64,000 bases of DNA from Candidatus Poribacteria bacterium (GTDB lineage: Bacteria > Poribacteria > WGA-4E > WGA-3G). Of the stretch, positions 31,163 through 41,600 are shown piece after piece; the first letter of the stretch is position 1, and the number at the start of each line of letters is the position of its first letter. Location: contig OZ240248.1 in assembly GCA_965198235.1 (NCBI GenBank), positions 2,304,001-2,368,000 on the forward strand, in the 5' to 3' direction. A program made the position numbers and the translations under genes. The notes under the pieces are model-generated. The model was not told where the DNA came from, searched no databases, and was given only the letters and a program-made list of their open reading frames with translations.

Positions 31163-31260
31163 GGGAAACCATCAGGTATCAGGCTTTACCCCCTATCCAG
31201 TGGGAAGCAGACACGTCACCAAGAGGCGACACTTGATATGTCTGCCAACCTGATACTCTA

Positions 31261-31289
31261 GTTATACTACATTTTTTGCTAAATGTCAA
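31261..31289 (-). promoter_or_regulatory. Sigma70 promoter of tnpB
   Basis: TTGACA-17-TATAAC. Confidence 0.7.
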
Positions 31290-31364
31290 GTATTTTTTGG
31301 ACTATAAAACCCAACGTCCGTCTACATCCCGCAAGCTAAAGCATGGGGATTTGACGGGAGAGTG

Positions 31365-32066
31365 TTAACGCAATTCCATTTCGCTTTTTTTTACATCAAA
31401 GATTCGTTTTGTTCGATCATAATTTATAAGAATGACAGTATCTCCTTTGACAGGGGTGACTCCATCTGGTTCGGCACAACAACTGACGGTTAATTCGGGT
31501 CCGTCCGGAACTCGAACGCGAGCAGTACCAAAGGTAGTTGTGATCTGTCCACTAATAACTCGTCCACTTAAACCGAGTAGTTGGACATCACTGATGGCTT
31601 TTTCGCTCTCTGGAAACAGTTTTGAAAGCGCGATGGAGATATACCGAGTTCCCAAGAAGCAACAGAAAAACGCAATGATACACGATATCCAAACCCAGTG
31701 TGGGTTCTCCGGGATATTGAGAAGCGCGTTCGCAATGAGCCCAGAAATTCCCCATGTTACCAATAGCGACATCAGCACAACCATCAAGGGGACCCTGCCG
31801 ACGTTCAGAAACCCAAACACATCTCCGAAGGAGGAACCCTGAGTGCCTGTATGTGCGTCCATATTAGCATCTACATCTGCATCCGCATCAATATCGATAT
31901 CGGTATCCATGTCGATATCAGCATCCATATCAACATCTGTGTCCACATCGCCGAAGTCCATCGCCCCTATGGCAAGTCGGAAGAGTGCCAGTAGGAACAC
32001 AATCGCCAAGGGTGCTGTAAACCAAGCATTATACGAAACTATGAGATAATTCAGGAATTCTATCAT
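31365..32066 (-). CDS. YqiJ/DUF1449-like (NfeD-type OB-fold) membrane protein, flotillin partner
   Basis: TM helix, Asp-rich DxDxD linker, LNVGRVPLMV, C-terminal OB-fold. Confidence 0.8.
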   Translation of the reverse strand: MIEFLNYLIVSYNAWFTAPLAIVFLLALFRLAIGAMDFGDVDTDVDMDADIDMDTDIDIDADADVDANMDAHTGTQGSSFGDVFGFLNVGRVPLMVVLMSLLVTWGISGLIANALLNIPENPHWVWISCIIAFFCCFLGTRYISIALSKLFPESEKAISDVQLLGLSGRVISGQITTTFGTARVRVPDGPELTVSCCAEPDGVTPVKGDTVILINYDRTKRIFDVKKSEMELR

Positions 32067-32077
32067 GGCATCCCTTT

Positions 32078-32458
32078 TTATTTCCTGAGTTGCTTGGTGA
32101 TGCACGTGTAGACATATCGTGCTGAACGGAAGTTGATATTATCGATCCAGTGAACATTACGTACGACACTAATTTCAAGTTTTGCTTGGCGGAGCAGCCG
32201 GTGCTTGAAATGCCGAATTAGTTTGACATCACAGATGTCCGTGAATAATAGATTACATCGAACATTTGCGTAAGAGACAGTGAGACCGCCTATATATCGC
32301 TCATCTAAGACCAGCACCCGACGCGACGTGATAAAAACAAAATCTGGACGCAGCAAACTGGAACGACCCAGGACGCACAAGCGGACGTGTTCATCCTCAC
32401 ATATATGCGCTTGCACAATCTTTTGAATACGAGGTGGCATGTTCGCGAATTCAGCCAT
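32078..32458 (-). CDS. Bacterial PH-domain-like hypothetical protein
   Basis: EDEHV...VFITSRRVLV pattern. Confidence 0.55.
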   Translation of the reverse strand: MAEFANMPPRIQKIVQAHICEDEHVRLCVLGRSSLLRPDFVFITSRRVLVLDERYIGGLTVSYANVRCNLLFTDICDVKLIRHFKHRLLRQAKLEISVVRNVHWIDNINFRSARYVYTCITKQLRK

Positions 32459-32510
32459 GTTATTTTACAAGCAATGTGTTGCTGGTAAACACGGGATAAC
32501 GCTGTAGAAA

Positions 32511-32861
32511 TGGAGGTGGCGGGAATCGAACCCGCGTCCGAAGGCATTTCAATAGAGGCTACTACATGCTTATCACAGGTTTTAAGATTCGCCTATCAGA
32601 CTCCCCTGTGCAGGATTCAGAATAGGCTATCTCAAAAAGTGTTTCGCGGCACGCCCCTTGAGAATGAGCGAGCGGCTAGCCCGTATTGCGGCGCTTTAGC
32701 TCCCCTGACGGGCAACAGGTCGGCAAAGCGTAGCTACATTAAGCAGCTAATGCTAATTCTTCATCAGCATTTATAAATGTTCCGCCTATTTAACGAGGCC
32801 TGCGGAGACCTCGGCATGCAACCTATATCTCATTTACCTTCGTCGAAACCTGTACACCCCC
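32511..32861 (-). ncRNA. ssrA: tmRNA; predicted tag (A)ADEELALAA*
   Basis: 5' GGGGGTG...TTCGAC and 3' GGTTCGATTCCCGCCACCTCCA tRNA-like ends; internal GCT GAT GAA GAA TTA GCA TTA GCT GCT TAA; adjacent to smpB. Confidence 0.95.
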
Positions 32862-32928
32862 GAATTGTAATTTTACGGATGGCAACCGCATCAGTACCAT
32901 TTGCGACTGGCGGTTTTTCAGAACGTTG

Positions 32929-33387
32929 TTAATTGTATGCCCGCATCTCACTTGCAGTCGCTTCACGCTCAATTTTGTCGCGTTTATCGTAAAGTTGCTT
33001 ACCCATAGCAACGGCTAACTCCAGTTTTACCTTGCCGTTGCTAAAATACGCACGCGTCGGAACGATAGTCATCCCCTTTGAACGGATTGAGCGTTCAAGT
33101 TTGATGATTTCTCGCCGATGCAATAAAAGTTTCCGTTTCCGCTTCGGCTCGTGATTTGCTATATTCCCATGTTCATAAGGACCGATGTGGGCATCGATCA
33201 GGAACACTTCTCCATCTGTTATCTGTGCGTAACTATCTGTCAGGTTAAACCGTCCGGCGCGAATTGCCTTCACTTCTGTGCCTTGCAGGACGACCCCGGC
33301 TTCATAGCGATCGCGTAGGTGATAGTCATACCGCGCTTTTCGATTCACAGTAATCACTGGAGTTGTGGAATTTTTGGCACTTTTCAT
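32929..33387 (-). CDS. smpB: SsrA-binding protein
   Basis: NRKARYDY, EAGVVLQGTEVK, RKLLLHRREI, GKQLYDKR. Confidence 0.97.
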   Translation of the reverse strand: MKSAKNSTTPVITVNRKARYDYHLRDRYEAGVVLQGTEVKAIRAGRFNLTDSYAQITDGEVFLIDAHIGPYEHGNIANHEPKRKRKLLLHRREIIKLERSIRSKGMTIVPTRAYFSNGKVKLELAVAMGKQLYDKRDKIEREATASEMRAYN

Positions 33388-33867
33388 CGTGGTGTTAAGT
33401 ATAACATAGAATTGACTTATGTGCAAGAAAAACTTCAGGAATTATAGTACTGTTTGATTTCCAGTACTCTGTGTGATCTGGTCGAAATATATTGATTGAG
33501 AGGCCGCTCTTACAGCGAAAATATTTTCATCGCAGAAGCTGGAAAGTCTTTGAAGCACTGAGTTGAACGATATGATTGGCTAATTTCCTTAAAGATGTTA
33601 CACTAATGTGAAATTGAGGGCAAACTAATTTGTTTTTCTTGACAAGGATACAACTATCTCATAGACATAGGCAGAAAACGGTAGGCACTCCAATAAGGTT
33701 GACCAAAAATAGTGCCCTCGTCAAAAATATGAAGTTTTTTCGCGAAATCGGATTTTAGTGGAAAACGGCACACAGATCTGATAAACTATACTATAATACC
33801 ACGTTGTTGGGAAAACCAAGGCATTGTGCCTCGGTATACCCGCAGAACTCAGGAAAGGAGTCTCTTG

Positions 33868-35157
33868 ATGCCAGAACTTTACGACACCCGTGCACCGAAT
33901 CCGCCCTCACGTGCGATATTGATAGGGATAAAACTCCGAGATAACTTGATGCACGAAACCGAGGAATCGCTACAAGAACTCCATCAACTCGCGGAGACTG
34001 CTGGCATTGAAGTCGTCTATGAGTCCATTCAATCGCGTAATATGCCGAAGCCAACCTATTTCATTGGCGAAGGAAAAGTTGAAGAACTCAAACCGCTCGT
34101 TGAAGAACTTGACGCAGACGCGATTATCTTTGACGAAGAACTATCACCAGCGCAGAATCGGAATCTTGAGAGGGCACTTGAAGTCGCTACAATTGACCGG
34201 ACGGGACTTATTCTTCAGGTTTTTGCCCAACGGGCACTCACCAGAGAAGCGCGCCTACAAGTAGCATTGGCGCAACTCGAATATGCACTTCCACGCCTCA
34301 CTCGGATGTGGACACACCTTTCACGACTTGCGACGGGTGGAGGCGGCGGCAGACACCTCCGGGGTCCCGGTGAAACCCAACTTGAAATGGACAGACGCTG
34401 GGTCCGTAGGAACATCGGACATGTCAGAAAAGCACTTGAATCCGTTGAAAAGCAGCGTCAGACTCAGCGGCGAAATCGGTCTGAGAAAATCAAAGTGTCT
34501 CTCGTCGGATACACCAATGCAGGGAAATCAACGCTATTCAACGTCCTGACGGGCGAAACCGTTTTGGCTGAAGATAAATTGTTCGCAACTTTAGATTCTA
34601 CCACGCGGAAGGTGGATTTGCCGCAAAAGCAACAAATTCTGTTGAGCGATACCGTCGGATTTATCAAGAAGTTGCCACACCAGTTGGTTGCCGCATTCAA
34701 GGCTACGCTCGAAGAAGTCTTAGAAGCAGATCTTTTGCTTCATGTTATTGATGTGAGCCATCCAGAAGCAGAGGCACAGATAGCCGCTGTGAATGTAGTC
34801 CTTGAAGAATTGAATGCTACCGACCTTCCGATGTTCATGGTTTTCAATAAAATTGATAGGCTCAAAAATGATGAGGAATTACATATCTTACAGTGCCAAT
34901 ATCCGGATGCTTTGCCTATCTCAGCGCAACGCGGCGACGGCATTCCAGCGTTAATAGATGCTTTGGCGCATCGTTTTGCTGAACGTGGCACGGATCTCTC
35001 TCTCTGTATTCCGTATACAGAGGGGAAGGTGCTCGGCTTACTGCATAAGCACGGCATAGTGCTTGATACTGAATACGCAGCGGAAGCCGTTCACGTCAAG
35101 GCACGCTTGCCGAACCGCTATCTCAAATCGGTCTCTCAATTTTTGGTTTCTTCCTAA
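33868..35157 (+). CDS. hflX: GTPase HflX
   Basis: RGPGETQLE, GYTNAGKST, LFATLD, DTVGF, NKID; AGGAG RBS. Confidence 0.97.
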   Translation: MPELYDTRAPNPPSRAILIGIKLRDNLMHETEESLQELHQLAETAGIEVVYESIQSRNMPKPTYFIGEGKVEELKPLVEELDADAIIFDEELSPAQNRNLERALEVATIDRTGLILQVFAQRALTREARLQVALAQLEYALPRLTRMWTHLSRLATGGGGGRHLRGPGETQLEMDRRWVRRNIGHVRKALESVEKQRQTQRRNRSEKIKVSLVGYTNAGKSTLFNVLTGETVLAEDKLFATLDSTTRKVDLPQKQQILLSDTVGFIKKLPHQLVAAFKATLEEVLEADLLLHVIDVSHPEAEAQIAAVNVVLEELNATDLPMFMVFNKIDRLKNDEELHILQCQYPDALPISAQRGDGIPALIDALAHRFAERGTDLSLCIPYTEGKVLGLLHKHGIVLDTEYAAEAVHVKARLPNRYLKSVSQFLVSS

Positions 35158-35171
35158 AAAAGGCATTGACA

Positions 35172-35423
35172 ATGCGATGGCTCGACCAGACTGACATCGG
35201 TCACGACTTACAAATCTGTCCGGATTGTGACAGAGAGTACGAAGTGCTTGACCAGTTTTTGGGGAATCCATCGGGCGATCGCTCGGACGACAATTTGATT
35301 GATACCGTGTTCAACGACGCTTATTATGTCGCTATTCGGTGTCCACAATGTCTCGAAACTCGACACCTCTGCATACAATCTCTAACAGCCACGCAATTTC
35401 ACATCGAAAAGGAGAGGAAATGA
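35172..35423 (+). CDS. Small putative Zn-ribbon protein
   Basis: CPDC...CPQC; ATGA overlap with the next gene. Confidence 0.55.
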   Translation: MRWLDQTDIGHDLQICPDCDREYEVLDQFLGNPSGDRSDDNLIDTVFNDAYYVAIRCPQCLETRHLCIQSLTATQFHIEKERK

Positions 35424-36211
35424 AGATAGGCGTTACCCAAATTATCCTTGGGGGTATGTCCCTGAACGATACGCTTTCGCTCTGTCAAGATGCCGGTTAC
35501 GATGCCGTTGAACTCACTTTCGGTGAAGGGCAAGACACCGACATCAATATGAGCGATACGGAGTTACGCGGCATTGCCGCTAAGTGTGAAAACGCAGGTA
35601 TTGAAATCAGCAGTATCACGGCGGGCTACGCTGACCGCGGGAATTTGCTCAGCTTGGATGCAACGCAACGCGAAAAAGGTGAAGTCTCTCTTGCTCGCGG
35701 TTTGGAAGTCGCGGATGCACTCGGTGTCGGTGGCATTTTACTGCATCCCGGACAGCTCACTGCTGAGGGAACTTACCAACAGGTCTGGGATAACCTCGTT
35801 GGTGTGCTGAAAGATCTCGCGCCTTCCACGGAAGCGCACCAAGTTGCAATCGGGCTTGAGAACGTCTGGAACAAATTCCTACTCAGTCCGAAAGAGATGC
35901 GTGATATTATAGACGAAATAGACAGCGATTGGGTAGGCACCTATCTTGATACTGCGAATATGATGGCTTATGGTTACCCAGAGCATTGGATTCGTGAACT
36001 GGGGCATCGTATCAAGCGGGTGCACTTCAAGGATTTCTCCCGCGGTGCACACCAGTTTGTTAACCTCTTAGATGGTGATACCGATTGGCAAGTAGTCATG
36101 GAGGCATTTCGTGCTATCGGCTACGATGGCTATGTTATCCACGAAGTCGGCGGCGACAGAGAAGCACAAATCGACCTCGCGAAGCGGATGCGTGAAATCG
36201 TTGCGATGTAA
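35420..36211 (+). CDS. Sugar phosphate isomerase/epimerase (hexulose-6-phosphate isomerase-like)
   Basis: LENVWNKFLLSP, GYPEHWIRELG, VHFKDF. Confidence 0.88.
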   Translation: MKIGVTQIILGGMSLNDTLSLCQDAGYDAVELTFGEGQDTDINMSDTELRGIAAKCENAGIEISSITAGYADRGNLLSLDATQREKGEVSLARGLEVADALGVGGILLHPGQLTAEGTYQQVWDNLVGVLKDLAPSTEAHQVAIGLENVWNKFLLSPKEMRDIIDEIDSDWVGTYLDTANMMAYGYPEHWIRELGHRIKRVHFKDFSRGAHQFVNLLDGDTDWQVVMEAFRAIGYDGYVIHEVGGDREAQIDLAKRMREIVAM

Positions 36212-36223
36212 TCGGAACAGAGA

Positions 36224-36252
36224 AGGCGATGGCTTATGAGAAACCATCGCCT
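36224..36252. terminator. Hairpin between a convergent CDS and tRNA
   Basis: aggcgatgg...ccatcgcct 9-bp stem. Confidence 0.55.
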
Positions 36253-36254
36253 CA

Positions 36255-36339
36255 TGCCGGAGGTCGGACTCGAACCGACATGGACCTAGGGCCCGCGGGA
36301 TTTTGAGTCCCGTGCGTCTACCAATTTCACCACTCCGGC
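36255..36339 (-). tRNA. tRNA-Leu(CAA)
   Basis: GCCGGAG/CTCCGGC acceptor stem, anticodon loop CTCAAAA, long variable arm, GGTTCGAGTCC; CCA not encoded. Confidence 0.97.
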
Positions 36340-36416
36340 GACTCTACTATTGGCAAGATATATTATACAATATTTTCGGTGGAAAGTCAAATTTGCGCCA
36401 AGCAGCCTTAGAAATC

Positions 36417-37268
36417 ATGGCGAACGAACAACGAAACCTTGCATCTCAAAATATGTTCCAACGCTTCTTTGTCGTTGCACAGGCTCTTCTGGGTCAAGTG
36501 CGTGAAAAGGGGACATGGCAGACTTTATGGAACTGGGGGCTTTGGCGAATTATGCCCAAACGCCGACGTATCTTCAAATTGATACGCGAACTCCAACCCC
36601 TTGATCCAAACGCCCCGGCTGAAATGCGAGCAGTCCGTGATGAAGTCTTCGCAAAAAGTTGTTTAGAACTGCAACACACCGAAGAAGCACGGATCCTCTT
36701 GGACATCCTTGGACATGCGCGACAACCGCTTGGGTGTGAACAAATCTTTTTCGCAGCAATCTATCCGGTTTTAATTAAACGCGACATGGAGGCAATCCCG
36801 ATTCTGACTAAAGCCAGACATCGGCTCGATGTAGAGATTGGCTATCTCGGACACAATGAGGATTATTTTTTTTGGGTGTTCGAGATTGATGGCACAAAGC
36901 GTCTCAGCCTCGACACACCGCTCGACCCGAGGCTGGAAATGCGAGACGATAAACGCTACGTGGTCTATCCGCTCGGCAGTACTGGACTTGTCGATACCGA
37001 CTATGCCGAGTACGCCGAACAGTGGCTCCTTGACTCACCTCGTTTAACAATAGCACTTCCGTTGCTTGCCGCCGCGTATGCGGAACAGTGGATCCTTAAC
37101 GCACGCGTCTACTTTTCACACATTCTCAAAGATTTGAAAAAACGGAATTATCAGGTTACAGCAACGGCAATACCCGATTTTGAACGGGCGCGGTTGTCAC
37201 TTTTACGCCGTCTCTCCCTGGACCGGCTAAGAAAACGTCAATTTCTGTCCGAACGCCGAAATCGGTAA
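36417..37268 (+). CDS. Hypothetical protein
   Basis: Long ORF from ATG 36417; no family recognised; overlaps the convergent gene. Confidence 0.6.
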   Translation: MANEQRNLASQNMFQRFFVVAQALLGQVREKGTWQTLWNWGLWRIMPKRRRIFKLIRELQPLDPNAPAEMRAVRDEVFAKSCLELQHTEEARILLDILGHARQPLGCEQIFFAAIYPVLIKRDMEAIPILTKARHRLDVEIGYLGHNEDYFFWVFEIDGTKRLSLDTPLDPRLEMRDDKRYVVYPLGSTGLVDTDYAEYAEQWLLDSPRLTIALPLLAAAYAEQWILNARVYFSHILKDLKKRNYQVTATAIPDFERARLSLLRRLSLDRLRKRQFLSERRNR

Positions 37269-38337
37269 GGTAGATACCCGGCTCAATCGAGAAACAGATC
37301 CCAGAAATCAACGCACGCGCATCACGCGTCTCTAAATTGTCTAAATTCACACCGTTCCCGTGGATAACAGTGCCGATGTTGTGTCCAGTGCGGTGAATAA
37401 AGAATTCACCATATCCTTTTTCGGTGATATACGCTCGGACACAGTCGTCCACTTCGTAACCGTGAATAGGTTCATCGACAGCCCATTTCTCACGGATAAG
37501 CCGCACCGCTCTATCCCGTGCTTCCTTGACAATATCGAAAATTTCAACATATCTCGCCGGAACCGTTTTATCCGCATAAGCCACCCATGTCGTATCTGCA
37601 AAAACCGCATCCGGATCTTTCTGTTTTGCCCATAAATCGATTAAGATAAAGTCCCCCGTTTTAATCTCTTGAGTGTCTGTTGAAGTAGGGGCGTAATGCG
37701 GGTCGCTGCTCTTCGCGTTCGCAGCGACGATAGGCGGATGATCCGTAACTAAATCCATCTCATCGAATTGCCCGAGAATCACTTGCTGAACATCATATTC
37801 CGTGATTGTTTTCCCATCACGCAGTTGTGAACCAATCCACGCGAAGGCATAGTCTTTCGCCTGCAGCACTAAGCGTGCGGAAGCCTGATGCCCGGTTGCC
37901 TGTGTCTCGCTCAGACGCGCTTCTATCCGCTGTGCGAGTTCCGCAGACGTGTGCACCTCAACTCCCATCGCACGAATCCACTCCAAGGTGCCGGCATCTA
38001 CCCGTGAGATATAAGGGATCTCGGCGTTTGGCGAATACTCCATTGCAACGGTTTTAACGCCAGCGAGTAAGGAGCGAATTGCTTCGTTAAGTTCTTCCCA
38101 GCCAGCGTAAAGCGCGACGTTTCCTTGTACACCGACGAAGTTGGATGTCTCAATCTTATGGATCAGCCACCGCGGTTCACCGTGTGCAGGGATGAGACAG
38201 AACCATCGGCGTGTTATGTGTGCCTCTGCCAAGCCTGCTACGTTTTGTGCAATCGGGTTTATCCCACGGAAATCGTATAGGAGCCAGGCATCTAATCCTG
38301 ACGCTGCTAATTCAGCTTGAATCTCTTTTATTTTCAT
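37156..38337 (-). CDS. M24 family (Xaa-Pro) aminopeptidase
   Basis: LIDLW, ADTT, HRTGH, FSIEPGIY, GVRTE. Confidence 0.92.
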   Translation of the reverse strand: MKIKEIQAELAASGLDAWLLYDFRGINPIAQNVAGLAEAHITRRWFCLIPAHGEPRWLIHKIETSNFVGVQGNVALYAGWEELNEAIRSLLAGVKTVAMEYSPNAEIPYISRVDAGTLEWIRAMGVEVHTSAELAQRIEARLSETQATGHQASARLVLQAKDYAFAWIGSQLRDGKTITEYDVQQVILGQFDEMDLVTDHPPIVAANAKSSDPHYAPTSTDTQEIKTGDFILIDLWAKQKDPDAVFADTTWVAYADKTVPARYVEIFDIVKEARDRAVRLIREKWAVDEPIHGYEVDDCVRAYITEKGYGEFFIHRTGHNIGTVIHGNGVNLDNLETRDARALISGICFSIEPGIYLTDFGVRTEIDVFLAGPGRDGVKVTTAPVQNRVLPLL

Positions 38338-38342
38338 GTCCG

Positions 38343-38549
38343 TCAAAGTTTCCCTTCTTTTTTTAAGTCAGATCGAATTTCTTGATAGTCCCGGAAATCT
38401 GTCTCGATTTCAATTGCTGAATCCATCTCTAAGATGTCCTCTAAATCCTCAAGACACTTTATGAGAAAGTCGTACTCTTTCATTGTGAGAACAGCAGCGG
38501 TTTTCTCTCCTTTGTCATCAACAATATATTTCGGATTGATAGTAAGCAT
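38343..38549 (-). CDS. Small antitoxin-like protein (RelB/Phd-like), no adjacent toxin
   Basis: KYIVDDKGEKTAAVL...EY..L...LEDLED pattern; AGGAG RBS. Confidence 0.6.
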   Translation of the reverse strand: MLTINPKYIVDDKGEKTAAVLTMKEYDFLIKCLEDLEDILEMDSAIEIETDFRDYQEIRSDLKKEGKL

Positions 38550-38625
38550 GAAAACTCTCCTATCGCTAATCTATCGCAAGTGTGGAACGTTATAATGTCT
38601 TTTTTTAAAGATGGGCAAGATAAAC

Positions 38626-41600
38626 TTAACGGAAAACCTCATCAAGCCTCCAAACGAGTTTAAGCGCATCTGACCAACCCGTTTTCGCAAACATATCCAA
38701 TAGATTCAGTAGGTCCTTCAAACATTCTTCATCATTCCGCACTTCGTGTCGGTAGTCGGCAAGGACAATTTCGACGAATTCGACGACATCCCGCACCGCA
38801 AGCCCATCAAGATTATAACCAAACCGTTCGCTTGACCGCACGACTCCCGCTGCTAAATGCAAAACCTCTTTGGGATTGCAGCTGAGGAAACTCGTTAAAA
38901 GTTGCATGAAATAGTGTGCTGTTGGTGCGAACATAATCCCGTTTTCTGAATCCTGCGCGAAAGTAATAATTTGTTCCATCAATGGCTTGACTTCACTATA
39001 AAAGCGATAGCGCAACTCGTAGGGAATTTCCTCGACTGGTTGCTCAGACTTATCCTTTTTGTACGCAACCGTAAAGTAAAGACGCATTATCACTTCATCA
39101 ATAACTTTGTAGGTGTCGTGTAGTTTTTTCACTACTTCCTCGCTCTCATTTGCCTTAATGATGCTGGACATTCCCTTAATCTGACCGGAAACTGTAGTAA
39201 TTACTTCGCTTACCGTTGCAATGGCTCGTTTAACTATTTCGAGTCTGTCAGGTGCTTCAAGATGTTTCGGTACAACGTAATTTTCCATGACATGAGACAC
39301 AGCACGAGCCAAGAGGTTGGCGAACCGAATTGGGTCTTTGAGAAAGGTATCTTCAATCGTTTTCAGTGCCCATGAATTTTCACGGTTGATTGCCAATCCC
39401 ATCAATAGAGAGATAAACGGATCAGATGCCCCGAGTATTCTTGATGGCAAAGGTGTATGCTGAAGTAACTTCGCCATAATTTGGGCTATCTTGTCTTCAT
39501 TCTCTTTTCGGTGTCCGACTACTGAGGTCAACGCAGCATAGAGAGGTTCTTGTACGATGTGATTCCGCTCATGCATTGCTCTATTGTCCATGATGTGCCA
39601 GAATCTTTCTGAATTTGTGTTATAAACGCGGAACAACTCCATCGCTGTTACCATCCGGACAGATGGCACAGGGTCACTCGCAAGCGTTTCAATTGCATCT
39701 AACATTTCCGCGTCAGATTGGTGAAACGCGAGTCTCAGTAACCCAGCCGCGGCTTCATGTCGTGGGAATGGGGAATAACCTGGAGAATTGAACTGGTTAT
39801 CGTATCTGGGGTTTGGTTCGGGATTTTCATGTTTCGCTCCATCCAGAAGCACTCGTCGACAAAAAGTGAATGATTCACTTTCAAGATTATTAGCAACTCG
39901 CCCGAGGATCGCCACGCAAGCAGTCAATTTATGCCAGAGGGAATCAATTACTTCTTTATTCACTTCCGTGTCGCTCTTTAAAACAGCGTATGCTTCCTGT
40001 AACTGCGGTAAAATTAACTCGGAGACTTCCACAGTCGGTTTGCCATTTTGCCAATCCGAACTGAATTTATTGAGAGGTCCAGAAAAACGTTGTAATGCTT
40101 GATTTTCAGGCGTAGTCGTGTCAACGCCCTGTCTTTGGAAGTGCTCTTCTTCAGTATATTCTGACCAAGTGACGGGCCCAACGCTCACCAGTGGTCGATT
40201 CTCCGGGACATCGTTTTCACGTGCCATTCCCTCTCGAATTTTCTTCGCCGCATCAGTACGTAACAAATTCTGCGGAATCTGTACAAGGAGCCGATTTCTC
40301 TGCCTTTCAAGAAGGTTGCGGTGATCCTCGTCGGTTGCTTCTGTGGGATATACTAAGATGCTTTCTTCAATCTGACGAAGCTGGTCTGGCATAAACTCAA
40401 CCGCAGTAGTTTCTAAAAACAGACCGAGTTCGTAAAAGGTTTCCGGATACCTTTGTATTGGTTCTGCGATGCAAAGTTCAAAAAGACGAGGTGCGAAAAC
40501 CTTGGGAAACTGTGCGGCTGTCTTCAAAAGCCGTTTCCAGAAGAATGCAACCACCACTTCATCACGGAAAACATCAAGCAGTATATCAAGACACGGATCT
40601 TCCGACATCGCCAATTCCCTGATGAATTCAAACAGGGCATCTGCCATCTCAATTGGCTCATCTGGATATTCCCGTTGATCCCAGATGTAACTGCTGTCTT
40701 CCACAAAATAAACGAGTTTTCCGCGAAAATTGAATGTATCTATCAAATCTTCAGGTGTCACACCTTCTTTAAGATATCCGATGATATGCTCTTTAACAAT
40801 AAAGGCGTTCAAACTTCGGATTGCCGCTTGTGTTGCAGGTAATGGTGCCGCTCGCAGAAAATCAGGGAAATGCTTTATCAACCGATAGTAGCACAGACCG
40901 TAATCTTGGCGACGAGTACTCGTCATAGGTAGAACGCTGCTACTACTACTGAAACTTGTCTTCAGATCGCTGAATTCCTGGTGCTTAAACACGGTGGAAT
41001 AGGTTAAAGTAACAAACTCTGGGTCGTGATCCCAAATGTCATCAACATGATCAGTCAGCCACGACAGAAAATCTATCGGGAAATTATCTTCCTGCGGTAG
41101 TTCAAGAACCTTTTCGAGAAGTGCGCGAGATTCCTCAATATTTGTGTGGTATGTTTTGGCAACGAGTGGGACTGCCCAACAACCACCCAGTCGATTATAC
41201 CAATCGCCTTCACTCGTCTCTCTCTTTTGCCATACCCATTCAAGGAACCGCCGTCCAATCTGACCACAAGTGTCTATTACATCCGAGTTTTTAGTCTTTA
41301 TTGCGCGTCCCAGAATATCCGAAGTGAGTGTTGCTAAATCCCAAGCGAAATCACTGTGCAAGTCTGCTGAAATTTGGTCGAAAAAATCAATCCAGACCGC
41401 GTCACGCTCAATTTGCAGCGTCCGAAGTGCTTGAAAAAGCCGCTTTATTGCCTCGTTTGCGATGTCTTCTCCGTTTTGTAACTCCTCTAAAAGTGGTGTT
41501 AGTTGGTCAACCACACGTGCTTCATTTGCAATGACGCTTGTCGGAATCAAACGAGCGACGAGACGCAAATGGACAGATTGATAGCATGGTAAAATATACC

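Larger units (their letters stand above)
29921..31369 (-). mobile_element. IS200/IS605-family tnpB-only (IS1341-like) element
   Basis: Similar subterminal hairpins at both ends (~29930-29949 and ~31327-31349); right end GAAG-hairpin-TCAC; left boundary is 31364 or 31369. Confidence 0.85.

Noticed and set aside
31850-31960. Short tandem DNA repeat in yqiJ
   Set aside because: Encodes the Asp-rich DxDxD linker that is ordinary for this family.
32510-32776. 88-aa ORF MEVAGIEPAS...
   Set aside because: Antisense translation of tmRNA.
33427-33867. hfq or another small gene upstream of hflX
   Set aside because: No Sm-like ORF visible; looks like an AT-rich divergent promoter region.
32460-36339. 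Prophage or island integrated at ssrA or tRNA-Leu
   Set aside because: No integrase and no duplicated 3' end (att site) seen in the window.
36303-36416. N-terminal extension of the 321-aa ORF
   Set aside because: Overlaps tRNA-Leu and its upstream region; ATG 36417 is more plausible.
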